Positions 9,118 through 19,087 of a stretch of DNA of 64,000 nucleotides are shown here, piece by piece. The translations under genes and the position numbers were made by a program. The DNA comes from a virus. Position 1 is the stretch's first letter. Each line of letters opens with the position of its first letter. The stretch spans positions 42,813 through 106,812 of the IMG/VR virus record IMGVR_UViG_3300027836_000007. One strand, 5' to 3'. The notes beneath the pieces were generated by a model that saw nothing but the letters and a program-made list of their open reading frames with translations, made no database searches and was not told the origin of the DNA.

Positions 9118-9740
9118 GATATTATATTGATACACTGTTTCCAACTTCGGTATATTATTCAGACCTTAACTGTATGGATAAACTGTTTGACTATGAACTC
9201 GATGTCTTTAAAATTTTTAAAGATATTGAAAACGATCCGCATCCGTTTGGCGAAAGTAGTTTAAGCACTTCCTTTTGGCACACTGAACACGGACACTTAT
9301 ACAACGATAGCAGATTTTCTGAGTTATCTTCAACTATACGTAAACAGGCAGTGTTATTCTGTGAAGCTTTGGGATATACTTCTTTAAAAGAAAATCAGTT
9401 AGTGTTCACAAACATGTGGGCAAACTTAATTGGACCTTACGATTATCATGCCCAACATATTCATAGTACTACTGGTAATGCTGCCATTAGTGGCGTATTT
9501 TATGTAGATTCCCCGCCTGGCGCAAAAATAAGTTTTGGTTCGCCTTATAGAGATTCCTACGAACCATTTAAGCCGTGGATTGATAATCCAGCAAATTTTT
9601 CTAAAGTATCATATGATTGTGTTCCTGGAAGATTAGTTATGTTTAAGTCTAATGTTTATCACGGTTATGATAGTCATCGTCAAGAAAAAAACAAAATAAG
9701 TATTCCATTTAATTTATCAATTATACCATATGCCGGTTGA
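9114..9740 (+). CDS. Putative Fe(II)/2OG oxygenase, TIGR02466-like
   Basis: LFPTSVY, MWAN, QHIH...ISGVFYV, GRLVMFKSNVYH, KISIPFN. Confidence 0.8.
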   Translation: MRYYIDTLFPTSVYYSDLNCMDKLFDYELDVFKIFKDIENDPHPFGESSLSTSFWHTEHGHLYNDSRFSELSSTIRKQAVLFCEALGYTSLKENQLVFTNMWANLIGPYDYHAQHIHSTTGNAAISGVFYVDSPPGAKISFGSPYRDSYEPFKPWIDNPANFSKVSYDCVPGRLVMFKSNVYHGYDSHRQEKNKISIPFNLSIIPYAG

Positions 9741-10305
9741 ATATTTTTTTCCTACTCCTATATACTATTCTTTTGTAAAGAATTTAGAATCGATTCACTG
9801 CGAAGTTGATTCTCATCTTGCGTCAGTTAAAGATATTGACTTGATAAATCCCTGGGGAGATACCGTACAAACGACATTTAAGTACAGACAGCATAATCGT
9901 GTTTTAGATAATATGCCTACTCTGCTATCAGAAATTAAAGAAAATTGTCAAAATTTTTTAGAGACAATGAACCATCAAGTTGATAGCGTTGATATCGAAC
10001 AATCGTGGTGTAATATTTCAAACAGAGATTCATTTCAACATTTTCATATACACGGAGCTATGGATTTGTCAGGTGTGTATTACCATCAGACTACAAGTAA
10101 CGACGGGGACATTGTTTTTAGAAACCCGTCGCTAGTAAATAGATTTCATAAATTAACATATAATATTAACAATTCTGTCAACTATAAACCAGAAGTTGGT
10201 AAAATTATATTATTTCCTAGTTTTTTAGAACATGCTGTATTTCATAATACTTCAGACGATAAACGAATTAGTATATCATTTAATATAAACGTAAATTTAA
10301 AATGA
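9730..10305 (+). CDS. Putative Fe(II)/2OG oxygenase, TIGR02466-like
   Basis: FFPTPIY, SWCN, QHFHIH..DLSGVYY, GKIILFPSFLEHAV, RISISFN. Confidence 0.85.
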   Translation: MPVEYFFPTPIYYSFVKNLESIHCEVDSHLASVKDIDLINPWGDTVQTTFKYRQHNRVLDNMPTLLSEIKENCQNFLETMNHQVDSVDIEQSWCNISNRDSFQHFHIHGAMDLSGVYYHQTTSNDGDIVFRNPSLVNRFHKLTYNINNSVNYKPEVGKIILFPSFLEHAVFHNTSDDKRISISFNINVNLK

Positions 10306-10922
10306 AAGAAAATTACAAAATTTTACGAAATTTCTTTAAAAAAGAAAAATGTTTAGAGATGACTACTAAACTTAGTAATTTATTACAACGAGGAATTTAT
10401 AGAAATCCAGATTCGTTATGTACTTTGAGTCCTGCGTTCTACGGAATATTTAATGACGAGATGATAGAAATTCAAAAAAATATCGAAACACTAGTAGGAG
10501 AAGAATTATATCCATGCTATTCGTATGCTAGAATATATCAAAAACACGATATCCTCCCGCCACATACTGACAGACCAAGTTGTGAAATTAGCCTTACCGT
10601 AACTTTAAATTATGAAAAACATACATGGCCAATTTGGTTGATAGATCAGGGACAAGTTACAAGTATTGAACTAGATATTGGGGATATGTTACTGTATAAA
10701 GGAACAGAAGTCATGCATTTTAGACACCCCATGCAAGGACAAGAGTTTCAATATCAAGTGTTTTTTCACTACGTTAAAAAACAAGGCAATTACGCAAATT
10801 ACAAATACGACTTGAATACAAGTTTACTATCAAACTTAGAAGCAGAAGAACAAAATTTCCCAGAATGGACTGATGATCAGCCGGACCGGATCATAAATAG
10901 AGACGATAAGGATACAAATTAA
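10302..10922 (+). CDS. Fe(II)/2OG dioxygenase-like protein (HxD...H)
   Basis: LYPCYSYARIY....LPPHTDRPSCEISLT, WPIW, GDMLLYKGTEVMHFR, QVFFHY; a family common in aquatic phages. Confidence 0.8.
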   Translation: MKENYKILRNFFKKEKCLEMTTKLSNLLQRGIYRNPDSLCTLSPAFYGIFNDEMIEIQKNIETLVGEELYPCYSYARIYQKHDILPPHTDRPSCEISLTVTLNYEKHTWPIWLIDQGQVTSIELDIGDMLLYKGTEVMHFRHPMQGQEFQYQVFFHYVKKQGNYANYKYDLNTSLLSNLEAEEQNFPEWTDDQPDRIINRDDKDTN

Positions 10923-10923
10923 T

Positions 10924-11529
10924 ATGAATACCAAACCATCTGAAATATTTTATTTAGAAGATGTACTAAGACAAAATACGTTTGACAACATTGTTGCCGA
11001 ATTAAAAAAACCAATCTGGCAATACGGTAGAGTTACTAATCCCGATCTGTGGGACGAGGATACAACAGTATTTTGGCAAGCCGATTTAAGTCTAAATACC
11101 CTAGTAGGGGAACAAGCATTTTATGAAATTATTGATAAATTGAACCAAATTGACTCTACTACACAGAATTACCAGTTTAAACTTTATAGTGCTATTGCTG
11201 GCGGTAAAACATTCGGGTTAGATGGCGGAATTCATACTGATAAAGACGTAGAATTTAACAACATGGGCGACGGATTCATGACCTTTTGTTTTTTCCCAAA
11301 CAGAGAATGGAATCCAGAATGGGGCGGCGAGTTTCAGTTCTTTGATCAGGAAGGAAATATAATTGCAACATACTATCCTAAGCCAAACACATGTTTAGTA
11401 TTTGATAGTAACATTCCGCACAGAGGGCTTGCACCTAATAGAGATTGTAAAAAGCTCAGGATGTACCTTTCTTTCAAAACATTTGTGAGTAAAAAATGGT
11501 ACTTGGACCAAAATAACAATGATTCTTAA
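10924..11529 (+). CDS. Prolyl-hydroxylase-like Fe(II)/2OG dioxygenase
   Basis: GGIHTD, WNPEWGGEFQF, PKPN.CLVFDSNIPHRGLAP, LRMYLSFK. Confidence 0.85.
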   Translation: MNTKPSEIFYLEDVLRQNTFDNIVAELKKPIWQYGRVTNPDLWDEDTTVFWQADLSLNTLVGEQAFYEIIDKLNQIDSTTQNYQFKLYSAIAGGKTFGLDGGIHTDKDVEFNNMGDGFMTFCFFPNREWNPEWGGEFQFFDQEGNIIATYYPKPNTCLVFDSNIPHRGLAPNRDCKKLRMYLSFKTFVSKKWYLDQNNNDS

Positions 11530-12238
11530 TTTATTTTCATTACCGATATATAAAGTTAATATTTTAGATCAAATTGATACTGGTAATCTTGAAGAAAAGT
11601 TACAGTCTGAATTTGCTCGATCTTCTTCTGACCCAAGTGGTCTAGAAAAAAATGGCGGAGTAAGCACTTACGATACTAATTGTAATTTACATTTGGAAGA
11701 ATATACAAAAACAATATCAAATATTGTGTTACAACATGCTAGATTATATTGGAAAGTATTAGATGTTGATCCTAGATTAGAACCTAGGATCGATCAGTGC
11801 TGGTCAAATATACATTATAATAAAAGCATTACTATAGAACATTCTCATAGTTTATATCCTATTGTTGCTACCCTATATGTAAAATCTGAAAAACATTCAG
11901 GAGATTTAGTAATGATAAATCCAATGGAGTATGGGCTAACTCATATTCCGTACGGAGTTGCTATTGAAAATAAAACAGAAACTTCTATTAAAGTTTCGAC
12001 GGGAGATTTAGTATTGTTTCCAGGGTGGATTAGACATAAGACAACAGAAAATCTTTCAGATCAATCTAGAATTGTATTAAGTTTTAATATTCATTACCAA
12101 GGAACATATCTTGCGTCAAACAGTGACTATCTTGTGGATCATACGGTACATACTAGCGAAATTGATCAGTTACAGAATAAAATTCTAAAATTAGAATTTA
12201 TCATAGATCATATGCAACGGAGTTTAAAAAATGATTAA
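11519..12238 (+). CDS. Putative Fe(II)/2OG oxygenase, TIGR02466-like, with C-terminal coiled-coil tail
   Basis: CWSN, EHSH, GDLVLFPGWIRHKT, RIVLSFN; tail EIDQLQNKILKLE. Confidence 0.85.
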   Translation: MILNLFSLPIYKVNILDQIDTGNLEEKLQSEFARSSSDPSGLEKNGGVSTYDTNCNLHLEEYTKTISNIVLQHARLYWKVLDVDPRLEPRIDQCWSNIHYNKSITIEHSHSLYPIVATLYVKSEKHSGDLVMINPMEYGLTHIPYGVAIENKTETSIKVSTGDLVLFPGWIRHKTTENLSDQSRIVLSFNIHYQGTYLASNSDYLVDHTVHTSEIDQLQNKILKLEFIIDHMQRSLKND

Positions 12239-12455
12239 AAAACCAAGAAGAATGCATTTAAATGAAAAAATACTACGTGTTCCTACGAAACTTTATGAAG
12301 AGCGACTAGCAATTTGTAAAACTTGTTACGCCTTCGATGCCGCTGGAGAAACAGGAGGTACTTGTAAAATTATAAATGTGCCTGTTACAGCTAAATGCGC
12401 TTTAAAATCTGGTTCTTGTCCGATGGGATTCTGGTCGTCTAATTATGACAATTAA
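12231..12455 (+). CDS. Small Cys-rich, probably metal-binding protein (DUF6171-like)
   Basis: ERLAICKTC...TCKI...KC...SCPMGFW; overlaps both neighbouring genes. Confidence 0.65.
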   Translation: MIKKPRRMHLNEKILRVPTKLYEERLAICKTCYAFDAAGETGGTCKIINVPVTAKCALKSGSCPMGFWSSNYDN

Positions 12456-13146
12456 AATTGGTTACTGTCCTTGGTTTGAAAAAAATAATCGAACTACAAA
12501 TACTGCTCTTAACTATTATGGCTGGGCAGATTTGGCTTACTTTGATTTAGAACCGCTAGATACTTGGGAAAATTCAACAGCAAGGTATCATCAGTGTCCT
12601 GCGTTTGTAAAATATGTAAAAAATACATTTGTATTAAGAAATACAGTAGATTTAGTATTGCACTGGGACAAATATAACCAAGTAGTAAGCACAAATTTAC
12701 CCAAGGATGCGGCCGATGCGTTGGTAAGAACTCACTGGGGAGATTTTGATACTGACAAAGATCGCCCAATTGTTGCAATTAGTAATAGTTTTGTGTTTGT
12801 TGCAGATCAGCCAGTCTATGTCGAATTCTTACCTCCGTTTAATCATATTGATCATTCGTGGAGATTAATTCCCGGAATGTTTAATATCTTTTCGTGGCAA
12901 CGGCCTGTAGTAACTACTATTGAAATGTTAACAGACGAAGTTATTCTAAAACGTGGTCAGCCCATGGCTTATATTAGATTTAGATCTGACAACCCAAGTG
13001 ATAAGTTTGTTTTGAAAAAAATAGAACGTACTGAACAACTAGAACATGCTGTAAACAGTTGTCTCACATTAAAACAATATATGCCAAAATTAAGTTGGAA
13101 AATACATAACGCTATTAATAAGTTAAGGCCTAAAAAATGGCTGTGA
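12445..13146 (+). CDS. Hypothetical protein (QCP-motif, beta-rich; paralogue of 18326..19087)
   Basis: HQCPAF....NTFVL, IPGMFNI..W.RP, LKRGQPMAYIRF; translationally coupled within the cassette. Confidence 0.6.
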   Translation: MTIKIGYCPWFEKNNRTTNTALNYYGWADLAYFDLEPLDTWENSTARYHQCPAFVKYVKNTFVLRNTVDLVLHWDKYNQVVSTNLPKDAADALVRTHWGDFDTDKDRPIVAISNSFVFVADQPVYVEFLPPFNHIDHSWRLIPGMFNIFSWQRPVVTTIEMLTDEVILKRGQPMAYIRFRSDNPSDKFVLKKIERTEQLEHAVNSCLTLKQYMPKLSWKIHNAINKLRPKKWL

Positions 13147-14606
13147 AGAAAGTAGCGATTCTAGGCGGGGGCACTTCTGGCTGGCTAACAGCAATATTTT
13201 TTAAAAAAGTTTGGCCGGCACTAGAAATTACAGTAATTGAAGATCCAAAACATCCTCCAATTATAGCAGGAGAAAGTTGCACAGCACCCTTTGTCGACTT
13301 GTTAGATTTTTTAAATATTGACGTAAACGACTGGATTAAAAAAGTAGATGCTTTTCCTAAATTAGGGGGAAAGTTTGAAGGCTGGGGCCCCAATAATTCT
13401 GATTTTGTACAACCGTTATTTTCTTCTTATAAGAATCGGTGGGATTATAAAAATCCAGAGTTTGGCAAAGATAATGTTCTACTCAAAGGATTACTTGCTA
13501 CAGGTTTACCCTTACATAAGATTACGGTGTCTGGTCATTTATTAGAAAATAATATAACACCTTTTACTTCTACCGGATTCGTAACTAGACCAATGTATCA
13601 TTTTGACAGCAGAAAAAATGCAGAATATTTTAAAAATATCGGCAAATCATTAAACATTAATCTAATTTTATCAAAATATCAGTCTTGTAAAATATCCGAT
13701 AATGGAATTGAAAGTTTAACTTTAGAAGATCAAGAAGTTTGTGCAGATTTTTATATCGATTGTAGTGGATTTAATCAGTTGTTATTAAAAAAAGCATTAG
13801 GAGTTGAATTTAAAAATTTTTCTAAATATTTCCCAGCAACTAGTGTAATAGCTTGGTGGGACGAATCAGATTTAAAACCATATTCAAGAATGATTGCCAT
13901 GGATTATGGCTGGCGATTTAATATAGACTTACGGTCTAGAAGTGGAAACGGTTATGTCTACGACGGGTCTTTAATTTCATCAGAACAAGCACAACAAGAA
14001 GTTGAAAGAAAACTTAATAAATCCGTTAATTTAGTTGCCAAAGCATCTTGGCAAGCTGAAATGGCTATTGAACCTTGGCAGAAAAATGTAATAGCAATAG
14101 GACTTAGTTCAGGATTTTTAGAACCGTTAGGATCAGGTGGTCATACTATGATTGCCTTGACTTTACAACTACTTTCAGAATTTTGGAACCCAGAAAAAGA
14201 AACACACGGCCATGCAACTACGCTATTAAATTCTCGATATAAAGACATTGTTGATGATACTGTAGATTTTATTTCATTACACTATCGAAATAACAGAAGT
14301 GATACTGAATTTTGGAGGAAACATTTATCGGAAGAAACTGTTCCTCAATCGTTAAAACTAAAAATTGAACAACTTAAATCTGGAAACTTTTACGATATTG
14401 GGGTTGCATACTCTTTAGAAAATTATGCCGTAGTATTACAAGCATACGAGTTAATTGATAAATCATTGTTAGCTAATATTATTCGTTACAAAAATGAAAA
14501 GTATTTAGATCAATGTATAGAAGAATATAACTTACTAAACAATCAAGCAAAACTAATAATCAAAGACTGTATTCCTACAACAGAATGGAAAAAATTATAT
14601 GATTAA
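13137..14606 (+). CDS. Tryptophan-halogenase (PrnA)-family flavoprotein, non-canonical active site
   Basis: GGGTSG FAD motif, AGES, AFPKLGGKF, YHFD, FYIDCSGF. WxWxIP appears as WRFNID and FxEPLEStG as FLEPLGSGG. Confidence 0.85.
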   Translation: MAVKKVAILGGGTSGWLTAIFFKKVWPALEITVIEDPKHPPIIAGESCTAPFVDLLDFLNIDVNDWIKKVDAFPKLGGKFEGWGPNNSDFVQPLFSSYKNRWDYKNPEFGKDNVLLKGLLATGLPLHKITVSGHLLENNITPFTSTGFVTRPMYHFDSRKNAEYFKNIGKSLNINLILSKYQSCKISDNGIESLTLEDQEVCADFYIDCSGFNQLLLKKALGVEFKNFSKYFPATSVIAWWDESDLKPYSRMIAMDYGWRFNIDLRSRSGNGYVYDGSLISSEQAQQEVERKLNKSVNLVAKASWQAEMAIEPWQKNVIAIGLSSGFLEPLGSGGHTMIALTLQLLSEFWNPEKETHGHATTLLNSRYKDIVDDTVDFISLHYRNNRSDTEFWRKHLSEETVPQSLKLKIEQLKSGNFYDIGVAYSLENYAVVLQAYELIDKSLLANIIRYKNEKYLDQCIEEYNLLNNQAKLIIKDCIPTTEWKKLYD

Positions 14607-16083
14607 CAATTTAATAATTCTCGGCGGCGGAACTAGTGGACTAGTTAACGCAATTATATTAAAGTCTATCTACCAAAAGCTCAACATTACTATAGTAAAG
14701 TCCTCTGATGTTGGCATCATCGGCGTAGGTGAAGGTTCAACTGAACACTGGGCTCGTTTTATGCAAGTTGCAGGAATCTCCGTACACGAACTGTTAAAAG
14801 AAACAGATGCAACGTTTAAATCTGGTATAAAATTTATCAATTGGAATGGAGACGATGACTATTATTTCCATAGTGTTCACAGTCAATTTTTAACAGAAAG
14901 TTACAATGGTTCTAATAATATATATTTAAACATGATTGCAGGAGGAAAAACTCACCACGATATTATTCCTGATAACATTCATAAGTCAGTTCATTACGAA
15001 CCTTTAGAAGGAACAGTCAATCAATTTCATTTCAATACCATGAAACTTAATGATTATCTCATTAAGCAATGTTTAGTTAGAGATATAAAAATTATTGACG
15101 ATACAGTAGACGATGTTATTTTAGATGACACGGGCCATGTTTCAAAACTAATAGGCAAGTTAGGTGAATATTCGGCAGATTTTTTTATTGATTGTAGCGG
15201 TTTTAAACGTGTTATATCTTCTAAATTAGGTGCAAAGTGGGTAGACTGTTCAGACTATCTACCAATGAATTCAGCATTTGCATTCCCTACAGAAAAAATG
15301 GAAGATATTCCTTCACACACCCTTAGCACTGCAATGAGTTCAGGATGGATGTGGCGAATACCAACTAATGATAGATTTGGAAATGGTTATGTATATTGTG
15401 ATAAATTTATTACAGACGAACAAGCTATTGCAGAAGCACAATCTGTATTTCAAAAGCCTATCAACATTGCAAAGACATTTAAATTCACTGCTGGATATGT
15501 AGATAAATTTTGGATTAAAAATTGTGTGGCTGTTGGGCTGGCTGGGAGTTTTGTTGAACCGTTAGAAGCCAGTAGTATAGGAACTTCTATTCAACAGGCA
15601 TTTGGCATCGCCAACTCTTTAATAAATTACGAGGACGGTGATCAATCATTGATTGACAAATACAATTATGATTTTGAAAGCGTGGCTAAAAATATTATTG
15701 ATTTTGTTCAACTACATTATATAACTAAAAGAGAAGATTCTGCTTTTTGGAAAAATTGTAAAAATTTAAAATTAACTGAATTTAATCAACAAACATTAGA
15801 GCATTTTAAAAAATACGGTCCTAATACAACTTTCTTTAGTAAGCCATATATGCTTTTTAGGGAAGTAAATTGGTTATTAGTCATGCACGGCTTAAAAATG
15901 CTCGACATAGAAAGTATAAAGAATATGATGTCACAACAAAATGACGATATATTGTTTTCAACAAACGAACTTCAAAAAGATTTTAGTAAATTTGTTGAAA
16001 AACAAACTATGATTACTCATAGAGAATGTTTAGAAATTTTAAAATCTAGAAACTCCGTTCATGTTATCAGTATGGAACAGTGA
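14599..16083 (+). CDS. Tryptophan-halogenase (PrnA)-family flavin-dependent enzyme
   Basis: GGGTSG, GVGEGS, ATFKSGIKF (catalytic Lys position), FFIDCSGF, GWMWRIP, FVEPLEASS. Confidence 0.9.
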   Translation: MINNLIILGGGTSGLVNAIILKSIYQKLNITIVKSSDVGIIGVGEGSTEHWARFMQVAGISVHELLKETDATFKSGIKFINWNGDDDYYFHSVHSQFLTESYNGSNNIYLNMIAGGKTHHDIIPDNIHKSVHYEPLEGTVNQFHFNTMKLNDYLIKQCLVRDIKIIDDTVDDVILDDTGHVSKLIGKLGEYSADFFIDCSGFKRVISSKLGAKWVDCSDYLPMNSAFAFPTEKMEDIPSHTLSTAMSSGWMWRIPTNDRFGNGYVYCDKFITDEQAIAEAQSVFQKPINIAKTFKFTAGYVDKFWIKNCVAVGLAGSFVEPLEASSIGTSIQQAFGIANSLINYEDGDQSLIDKYNYDFESVAKNIIDFVQLHYITKREDSAFWKNCKNLKLTEFNQQTLEHFKKYGPNTTFFSKPYMLFREVNWLLVMHGLKMLDIESIKNMMSQQNDDILFSTNELQKDFSKFVEKQTMITHRECLEILKSRNSVHVISMEQ

Positions 16084-16715
16084 TGGCTATAGAGCAAAAG
16101 TCTTTTCCAAATTACGGGTATTCAATGTCAGTTTTGCCCGACGACGTGTTATGTATAATTAAAGAAGAAATTAATAATTTACAAACTAACAGTAAAATTT
16201 ATAAAAATCTAGCAGGGCATTTAGAATCGCAACATTATCTAACAGAATCTCGAAACACATTATCTCCAATTATTTTAGAAATGGCGGCTGAGTATCTGCT
16301 TTCTTGGAATTTTAAAAACGAAGTACTTAGAAATAATCCAAAGGCAGATGTTATCTCTTTTAAATTAGATGATATTTGGGTAAATTTACAGAAAAAGACA
16401 GAGTATAATCCGTTACACGACCATTCTGGAGTTTTTAGTTTTGTTGCTTGGATCAACATACCCTACAATTTAGAAACAGAAATGAAACTGCCGAATGTCG
16501 AATCTTCAAATAACCCGTTAGCAACAACTTTTAACTTTGTCTATACTAATGTGTTTGGAGAGATTATTGCCTTGCCATTTTTTGCTGAGAAAAAACACGA
16601 AGGAACTATCATTTTTTTCCCGGCAAAGTTAAAACATTTAGTTTATCCATTTTTAACTTCAGAAGAGCATAGAATAACTATTTCAGGAAACGTGTCCCTT
16701 AACACCGCTGTGTGA
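16080..16715 (+). CDS. Putative Fe(II)/2OG oxygenase (HxH...H)
   Basis: WVNLQKKTEYNPLHDHSGVFSFV.W, GTIIFFPAKLKHLVYPF, RITISGN. Confidence 0.85.
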   Translation: MMAIEQKSFPNYGYSMSVLPDDVLCIIKEEINNLQTNSKIYKNLAGHLESQHYLTESRNTLSPIILEMAAEYLLSWNFKNEVLRNNPKADVISFKLDDIWVNLQKKTEYNPLHDHSGVFSFVAWINIPYNLETEMKLPNVESSNNPLATTFNFVYTNVFGEIIALPFFAEKKHEGTIIFFPAKLKHLVYPFLTSEEHRITISGNVSLNTAV

Positions 16716-16743
16716 TAATTACATATATCACATTAGGAGACAT

Positions 16744-18333
16744 ATGAGTAACGTGAATAAAATAGTGATAGTCGGTGGTGGTAGTGCTGGTTGGATGAGC
16801 GCAGCCACTCTGATTAAACATTTTCCAAATAAAGAAATTTATGTTATAGAAAGCCCCAATGTTCCCACTGTCGGTGTTGGTGAAAGCACTATTGGGCAAA
16901 TAAACGAATGGCTGTACGATCTTGATATCAAGGATGATGACTGGATGAAACAATGTGATGCCAGTTATAAGATGAGCATCAAGTTTACTAATTTCTATAA
17001 AGAAGATGCGGGTGCCTTTCACTATCCATTTGGTGTTCCAGTAGTTGAAGCCAAATTTTTTCCGTACGGAGTCAATGACTGGTATGTGAGGAAATCTGTT
17101 CATCCTGAGATACCGGTTTCTAATTTTGCGGACACATATTTCCCCGCAATGACATTAATTAATAAAAATAAAATTACCGACAATAAAAACAATGAAATAC
17201 CAGGCTGGAACTTTGATCGAGATGTGGCCTATCATTTTGATGCGGCAAAGTTCGGTGCTTGGCTGAGAGATTCGTATGCTGTTCCTAAAGGGGTAACACA
17301 TATACCTGCTGAAGTAACATCTATACAAACAAACAGCGAAGGTGTTGAACATCTTGTATTAGATAATGGCGATAAAGTTACTGCTGATTTATTTTTAGAC
17401 TGCACAGGATTTAAATCTATTATTTTAGATAAGACGATGAAGGTTCCTTTTGAAAGTTATAGTGATTTACTACCCAATAACAGTGCATGGGCTACACGTA
17501 TCCCATTTCAAGATAAAGAAAAAGAATTAGAACCGTTTACTAACTGTACTGCTATAGGTAATGGTTGGGTTTGGAATATTCCGCTATGGAGTCGAATTGG
17601 AACTGGATATGTTTACAGTGACGAATATATTTCAGACCAAGATGCATTAGAAGAATTTAAAGAATATTTACAAAAAGAAAGAGAAGTGCCAATTCCAAAA
17701 TCTGTCATTGACTCTTTAGAATTTAAAAATATTAAAATGCGTGTAGGAATACACAAAGAAATTTATCACAAAAATGTCTGTGGTATTGGGTTAGCTGCAG
17801 GGTTCATTGAACCATTAGAATCTAATGGTTTGTATACTGTTCACGAATTTTTATTAAAATTAGTTGCAATACTTAATAGAAATTCTGTAAGTCAATTTGA
17901 TAAAACTGCCTTTAATGAAGGATGTAGAGGAGATTTTAGAGCTTTTGCTGAATTCGTAGCCTTACACTATGCTATGAGTCACAGGGACCAAACTCCTTAT
18001 TGGCAGGCTGTGCAACATCGTGTATTTCCAAAAACTATGCCGTTGGGCGTATATGCTACATCTGGAATTGACAGTATAATACATAGAAAGTTTGTAAGCC
18101 ATTTATATGATATGGACATGGGCGGCACGTTGATGATAGCAACTGGCATGAACTTGTTTCCGTTTGACAGTAGTCTACTAAAAAGAACGCTGTTTAGAAA
18201 TTCTAATGCAGAATATCTGACCTACTTACAAGATGTTTGTTGGCATAAATGGGATGCTGACTTAGATCAAAGAAATGAATTTGCTGATTCTGCTCCAACA
18301 CTATATCAATATTTAAAAAGCAAATATGATTAA
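16744..18333 (+). CDS. Tryptophan-halogenase (PrnA)-family flavin-dependent halogenase, canonical motifs
   Basis: GGGSAG, GVGEST, ASYKMSIKF, AYHFDA, LFLDCTGF, GWVWNIP, FIEPLESNG; has its own SD AGGAG. Confidence 0.92.
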   Translation: MSNVNKIVIVGGGSAGWMSAATLIKHFPNKEIYVIESPNVPTVGVGESTIGQINEWLYDLDIKDDDWMKQCDASYKMSIKFTNFYKEDAGAFHYPFGVPVVEAKFFPYGVNDWYVRKSVHPEIPVSNFADTYFPAMTLINKNKITDNKNNEIPGWNFDRDVAYHFDAAKFGAWLRDSYAVPKGVTHIPAEVTSIQTNSEGVEHLVLDNGDKVTADLFLDCTGFKSIILDKTMKVPFESYSDLLPNNSAWATRIPFQDKEKELEPFTNCTAIGNGWVWNIPLWSRIGTGYVYSDEYISDQDALEEFKEYLQKEREVPIPKSVIDSLEFKNIKMRVGIHKEIYHKNVCGIGLAAGFIEPLESNGLYTVHEFLLKLVAILNRNSVSQFDKTAFNEGCRGDFRAFAEFVALHYAMSHRDQTPYWQAVQHRVFPKTMPLGVYATSGIDSIIHRKFVSHLYDMDMGGTLMIATGMNLFPFDSSLLKRTLFRNSNAEYLTYLQDVCWHKWDADLDQRNEFADSAPTLYQYLKSKYD

Positions 18334-19087
18334 CTTTATTAAAGAGCTGTTTTCTAAAAAGAAAGAAATTATTACTTTTAGTTGCAAGGACTGGGCTATA
18401 CGAAAATATTCACCGGTTGAATTAGGGGAGCAAAAATTACCTCAGGAATATTTAGATTTACCTGTGGGGAAAATTTGCCCGTTTGAAAGAAAAAATCAAA
18501 GTTATCAACTTTCAGCAAGACAATGTCCGTCGATTAATTCTTTTTTAAAGTATGGATATGTTATCTCTGCTTGGTGCGATATAGAAATTAGTTTTGAAGA
18601 CGATCATGTGTACATCAAATATAGTAATTTAGATTATAATCACGATGTACACACAGAAAATCAATATCAAAAAATTATAGGTGATCAATTTGATGTTAGA
18701 CTAATTATAAAAATAAACAACCCGTGGCATATAAAAACCTTAGATGGATATAGTTGTTTCTGGATGCCAATTTACTATACAAATAAGAATTATCAAGCTA
18801 TTCCTGCTATAGTGGATACTGATTTGATGTTAAATGACTTACCAATTAATCTAGCATTTTTTGAAAAAAAATATACTTTGATAAAAATGGGAGAACCCTT
18901 AGTTAAAGTTATTCCTTTTCGTCGAGAGCCAATTGACGCTGTAAGCAAAAAATACGACTCTGCTGATGAAAATAGATTTTTAAATATCCTGGGATTAAAT
19001 GGACTTAGTAGATATAATTGGCGAGGGTTTATTACTGCAAAAAATAAGTTTAGTTTGGATAAAAAAGACTTAGACATTGAATCATGA
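18326..19087 (+). CDS. Hypothetical protein (DUF6065-like; paralogue of 12445..13146)
   Basis: RQCPSI..FLKYGYVI.AWCD, KINNPWHIKT..GYSC, IPAIVDTD, IKMGEPLVKVIPFRRE. Confidence 0.65.
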   Translation: MINFIKELFSKKKEIITFSCKDWAIRKYSPVELGEQKLPQEYLDLPVGKICPFERKNQSYQLSARQCPSINSFLKYGYVISAWCDIEISFEDDHVYIKYSNLDYNHDVHTENQYQKIIGDQFDVRLIIKINNPWHIKTLDGYSCFWMPIYYTNKNYQAIPAIVDTDLMLNDLPINLAFFEKKYTLIKMGEPLVKVIPFRREPIDAVSKKYDSADENRFLNILGLNGLSRYNWRGFITAKNKFSLDKKDLDIES

